From an uncultured virus (IMG/VR IMGVR_UViG_3300009155_000061) (Duplodnaviria; Heunggongvirae; Uroviricota; Caudoviricetes), in IMG/VR virus record IMGVR_UViG_3300009155_000061: 20,000 nucleotides of DNA; one strand, written 5' to 3'. Positions 19,204 through 20,000 of the stretch are shown piece after piece. The position numbers and the translations under genes are program-made. The notes beneath the pieces are model-generated. The model was not told the DNA's origin. It made no database searches and worked only from the letters and a program-made list of their open reading frames with translations. Numbering within the stretch: position 1 is the stretch's first letter; the number at the start of each line of letters is the position of its first letter.

Positions 19204-19889
19204 AAGAGTTAGCTTTACTTTCTATTTTCTTCGATTACCCTGACTACCATCTACCTATATTCTACAATAAAGCTCAACAGTTCCTAGATAAAGAAGATAT
19301 ACATGTAGCTAGGTTTAATAATGAGGTTGAAGGTTCTTATTACGATAAACTTTATACCTATAAAGTGGTAAAGCTTCTTGACTATATAGAAAAAAATTTA
19401 AAAGACTACAAATATATTCTTTTTATGGATGCTACTGATACCGGTATTTGCGGTAATTTAAACGAAATTGTCGATAGGTTCTTAGAATTCAATTGTTCTA
19501 TACTTTTCGGAGCAGAGAAGGGATTCTGGCCACCTACAAACTACACTCATTTATACGAAAAAAAGCCTTGTTTAACAGATGCAAAATATTTTAATTCCGG
19601 TACATATATTGGTCATACTGATAAAATTATTTATCATCTAAAAGATATCATTGAAAAAGAATATCAAACAGGGATAGATGATCAAGGTAGATGGACAATA
19701 CAGTATCTTTTAAATACAGATATCTTAACAGATCAAGAAAGAAAGATTTTTTTCAGTACGTATGAAGCAAAAGAGCATTTTGATATAATTGATAACAAAG
19801 TCGTTTTTAAAAATATTTCACCACTTATTATTCACGATAATGGTGGGTTTAATGATACAACAATTAAGCTTGCGGAGCATTTTAAATGA
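19200..19889 (+). CDS. PLOD (procollagen lysyl hydroxylase) GT-domain-like glycosyltransferase
   Basis: ILFMDATD, ILFGAEKGFWP, YFNSGTYIG, DDQ, DQERKIF and PLIIHDNG parallel the PLOD GT motifs (FTDSYD, FSAE..CWP, LNSG.FIG, DDQ, HGNG). The TTG start overlaps the upstream TGA. Confidence 0.82.
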   Translation: MKELALLSIFFDYPDYHLPIFYNKAQQFLDKEDIHVARFNNEVEGSYYDKLYTYKVVKLLDYIEKNLKDYKYILFMDATDTGICGNLNEIVDRFLEFNCSILFGAEKGFWPPTNYTHLYEKKPCLTDAKYFNSGTYIGHTDKIIYHLKDIIEKEYQTGIDDQGRWTIQYLLNTDILTDQERKIFFSTYEAKEHFDIIDNKVVFKNISPLIIHDNGGFNDTTIKLAEHFK

Positions 19890-20000
19890 AATATATATTA
19901 ACCACCCTTGCAGTTGATAAAATAGAACGGGGTACTAATTTTGTACACGGTACTAATTATACAACAAGTGCTATAGAGAGTTTTAAAACGCTAAAAGGTA
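19886..20000 (+). CDS. Truncated ORF, probably the next gene of the glycosylation cluster
   Basis: ATGA overlap with the upstream stop. It is open to the window end: MKYILTTLAVDKIERGTNFVHGTNYTTSAIESFKTLKG. Confidence 0.6.
   Translation, partial: MKYILTTLAVDKIERGTNFVHGTNYTTSAIESFKTLKG

Noticed and set aside
15707..19889. GT/MTase cluster as a DNA hypermodification system
   Set aside because: No resemblance to T4 alpha/beta-glucosyltransferases or DNA methyltransferases, and the families present act on proteins and glycans. Disfavoured but not formally excluded.
19931..19958. GGTACTAATT direct repeat (2 copies)
   Set aside because: Only 10 bp, in frame within an ORF (GTNF/GTNY); insufficient to call an element.
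1..20000. Origin as a eukaryotic giant virus, archaeal chromosome or bacterial contractile injection system
   Set aside because: RFC-like, GT60 and PLOD-like genes occur in such genomes, but gp25 plus a T4-type gp6, a TATAAATA late promoter and adjacent replication genes point to a T4-like phage.
1..20000. Alternative genetic code, tRNA/ncRNA genes, introns or inteins
   Set aside because: Genes are full length and tightly packed under the standard code. TAA, TAG and TGA all act as stops. Intergenic gaps are under 70 bp and no insertions are evident.

Overview
AT-rich, densely coding segment of a large T4-like (myovirus) bacteriophage genome. From left to right it carries an unknown ORF that is open to the window edge, a possible small terminase subunit (minus strand), dUTPase, a gp44/RFC-like clamp-loader ATPase and a hypothetical late gene (minus strand). 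These are followed by a baseplate block: gp25-like, gp6-like and two >1000-aa putative wedge/structural proteins. Next is a 910-aa protein with an L-type lectin-like domain and about 400 aa of Thr/Ser/Pro mucin-like repeats. Directly after it is a glycosylation cluster: a GT60/Gnt1-like polypeptide HexNAc transferase, a GT10 fucosyltransferase-like gene with a deviant motif, two SAM methyltransferases, a PLOD-like glycosyltransferase and a truncated ORF. The best candidate for an undescribed system is a phage-encoded mucin-type O-glycosylation pathway placed next to its probable virion substrate(s). Two further signals stand out: strong enrichment of an L-S-[A/G/S] tripeptide in the large structural proteins, and apparently leaderless transcription, with promoter motifs ending 5-7 nt before the start codon. 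All calls come from motif recognition by eye; no searches were run.
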